NCBI RefSeq assembly: GCF_963921235.1
Contig: NC_086112.1
Coordinates: 21,948,001-22,012,000, forward strand
Source: Mobula hypostoma
Lineage: Eukaryota
Direction of reading: 5' to 3'
Length of the DNA stretch: 64,000 nt
A program made the translations under genes and the position numbers. Shown piece after piece: positions 62,050-64,000 of the stretch. Below the pieces are notes generated by a model. It saw only the letters and a program-made list of their open reading frames with translations, had not been told where the DNA came from and did not search any database. Position 1 is the stretch's first letter, and every line of letters starts with the position of its first letter.

Positions 62050-64000
62050 ATCATAAGACCATAAGACACAGGAGCAGAATTAGGCCATTTGGCCCATCAA
62101 GTATGCTCCACCATTCAATCAAGGCTGGTAGTTTTTCCTCCTCCTCAGCCCCACTCTCTGGCCTTCTCCCCGTAACCTTTGATGTCATGGCCAGTCAAGA
62201 ACCTATCAATCTCTGGCTTAAATATACCCAGTGACCTGGTCTCCACAGATGCCTGTGGTTAACAAATTCAACAAATTCTACAAATTCACCACCCTCTGGC
62301 GAAAGAAATTTTTCAGCATCTCTGTTTTAAATGGACATCCCTCTATTCTGAGGCCGCGCCCTCTTGTCATAGACTCCTCCACCATGGGAAACATCCTTTC
62401 CATATCTACTCTGTCTAGGACTTACAACGTTCAAAAGATTTCACTAGATTCCCCACCCCTATCCTTCTAAATTCCAGCGAATACATGCCCAGAGCGATCA
62501 AACATTCTTCATACGATAATCATTTGATTCCCAGAATCATCTTTGTGAACCTCCTCTGAACCCTCTCCAATGCCAGCACCTAGTACTCAAGGTGAGACCT
62601 CACTGGTGCCTTATAAAGCCTCAGCATTACATCCCAGCTCTTGAGTTCTAGACTTCTTGAAAGGAATGCTAACGTTGCATTTGCCTTCCTCACCAACAAC
62701 TCTACCTGATAGTTAACCTCTAGGGTGTTCTGCACAAGGACTCCCAAATCCCTTTGCATCTCAGATTTTTGGATTTTCTCCCCATTTAGAAAATAGTCTG
62801 TAAAATTTTGGACCAGAAAGAAATGGACCAGAAGAGATACATGGAAATTAGTATTCAACCACTATTATTAATATTTTATATAACAACTATTAACATTATT
62901 TAGTTTAATAGAGTGGAATTACAATTGCACATCAACATCTATTTGAGTGCCTAATTATTTTCTATATTATCTGAATGTGCACTTGTGAATATACAAATTA
63001 ATAGAGATTTACTCACATAAAAAGGTTATATATGTATTAAAAAAGTTTGAGTATTACTTGTGAATACCTTATCCAAATAAAAATAAAAATTTTAAAAAAA
63101 GAAAATAGTCTGCGCATTTATTTCTTCTACCAAAGTGCATGACCATGAATTTTCCAATATTGTATTTCATTTGCCACTTTCTTGCCCATTCTCCTAATCT
63201 AAGTTCTTCTGCAGCCTTCCTGTTTTTGCAACAGTACCTGCCCCTCCACCAATCTTCATCTCATCTGAAAATCTGACAACAAAGCCATCTGTTCCATCAT
63301 CTAAATTATTGACATACAGCATAAAAAGCAGTCCTAACACCAACCTCTGCAGAAAACCACTAGTCACTGGCAGCCAACCAGTAAAGGATCCATTTATTCC
63401 CACTCGCTGCCTTCTACCAATCAGCCAATGCTCTAACCATGCCAGTAACCTTCCTGTAATACCATGGGTTCTTAACTTCCTGGCAACTTGTCAAAAGTCT
63501 TCTGAAAATCCAAATATACAACATCCACTCCATCCCCTTTACCTATCCTATGCGTAATCACCTCAAAGAATTCCAGCAGATTCATCAGGCAATATTTTCC
63601 CTGAAGGATACAATGCTGATTTTGTCCTATCTTATCCTGTGTCACCAAGTACTCCATAACCTCATCCTTAACAATTGCCTCCAACATCTTCTCAACCACT
63701 GAGGTCAGGCTAACTGGACTATAACTTCCCCTCTGCTGCCTCCCTCCTTTCTGAAAGAGTGGAGTGATATTTGCAATTTTCCAGTCCTCCGGAACCACGC
63801 CAGAGTCCAACGATTCTTGAAAGATCTTATGAATGCCTCCACAATCTCCTTCAGAGCCCTAGGTTGCAGCACGTCTGGTCCAGGTGACTTATGTACCTTT
63901 ATGTCTTTCAGCTTTTTGAGCATCTTCTCCCTTGTAATAATAACTGCACTCACTTCTTTTCCCTCACACCCTTCAACATCTGGCACACTGCTAGTGCCTT
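62050..64000 (-). mobile_element. CR1 LINE ORF2/3' end, running off the window
   Basis: KSPGPDVLQPRALKE, DWKIANITPLFQKG, VYLDFQKTFDK, RDLGVLV; taagaccataagac tail. Confidence 0.93.
62801..63099 (+). mobile_element. Polyadenylated AT-rich insert with an L1-type integration signature
   Basis: 13-bp TSD agaaaatagtctg (62788-62800, 63100-63112); target ttt|agaaaa; AATAAA and A-rich tail. Confidence 0.8.

Noticed and set aside
1-64000. CRISPR array, operon or prokaryotic defence/retron system
   Set aside because: No regularly spaced repeats or gene-dense coding. All RT and nuclease ORFs belong to decayed eukaryotic transposon families.

Overview
This is eukaryotic, repeat-rich vertebrate genomic DNA. 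The repeat families suggest a cartilaginous fish, probably a ray (inference). The only host coding sequence I can support is one 108-bp minus-strand exon of FBXL17 (8757-8864, VTDKSVKTFAEHCPLLQYVGFMGCSVTSQGVIHLTR, canonical AG/GT sites), which the ORF track misses. The rest of the window is therefore most likely its two large flanking introns. Most recognisable ORF-track entries are decayed transposon pieces and the remainder look like chance ORFs. Retroelements seen: CR1, Rex1/Babar, RTE, Tx1, L1, L2, Penelope, three solo LTRs of one family with 4-bp TSDs, and tRNA-derived CORE- and Deu-type SINEs. DNA transposons seen: Tc1, pogo/Tigger and PIF/Harbinger. The most interesting structures are: (i) Penelope-type minimal hammerhead ribozyme motifs, including short hairpin elements with two opposed hammerheads; (ii) a composite element built from two 66-bp mini-MITEs bracketing passenger DNA; (iii) a Tc1 element with two right ends; (iv) a triple nest Tc1-MITE > CR1 > Penelope; (v) a twin-priming-like CR1 inversion; (vi) LTRs bracketing the frame-symmetric exon; (vii) repeat-poor candidate conserved enhancers. 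I see no prokaryotic system, CRISPR array or intact autonomous element, and I cannot claim a new biological system. Repeat boundaries without a TSD are approximate.
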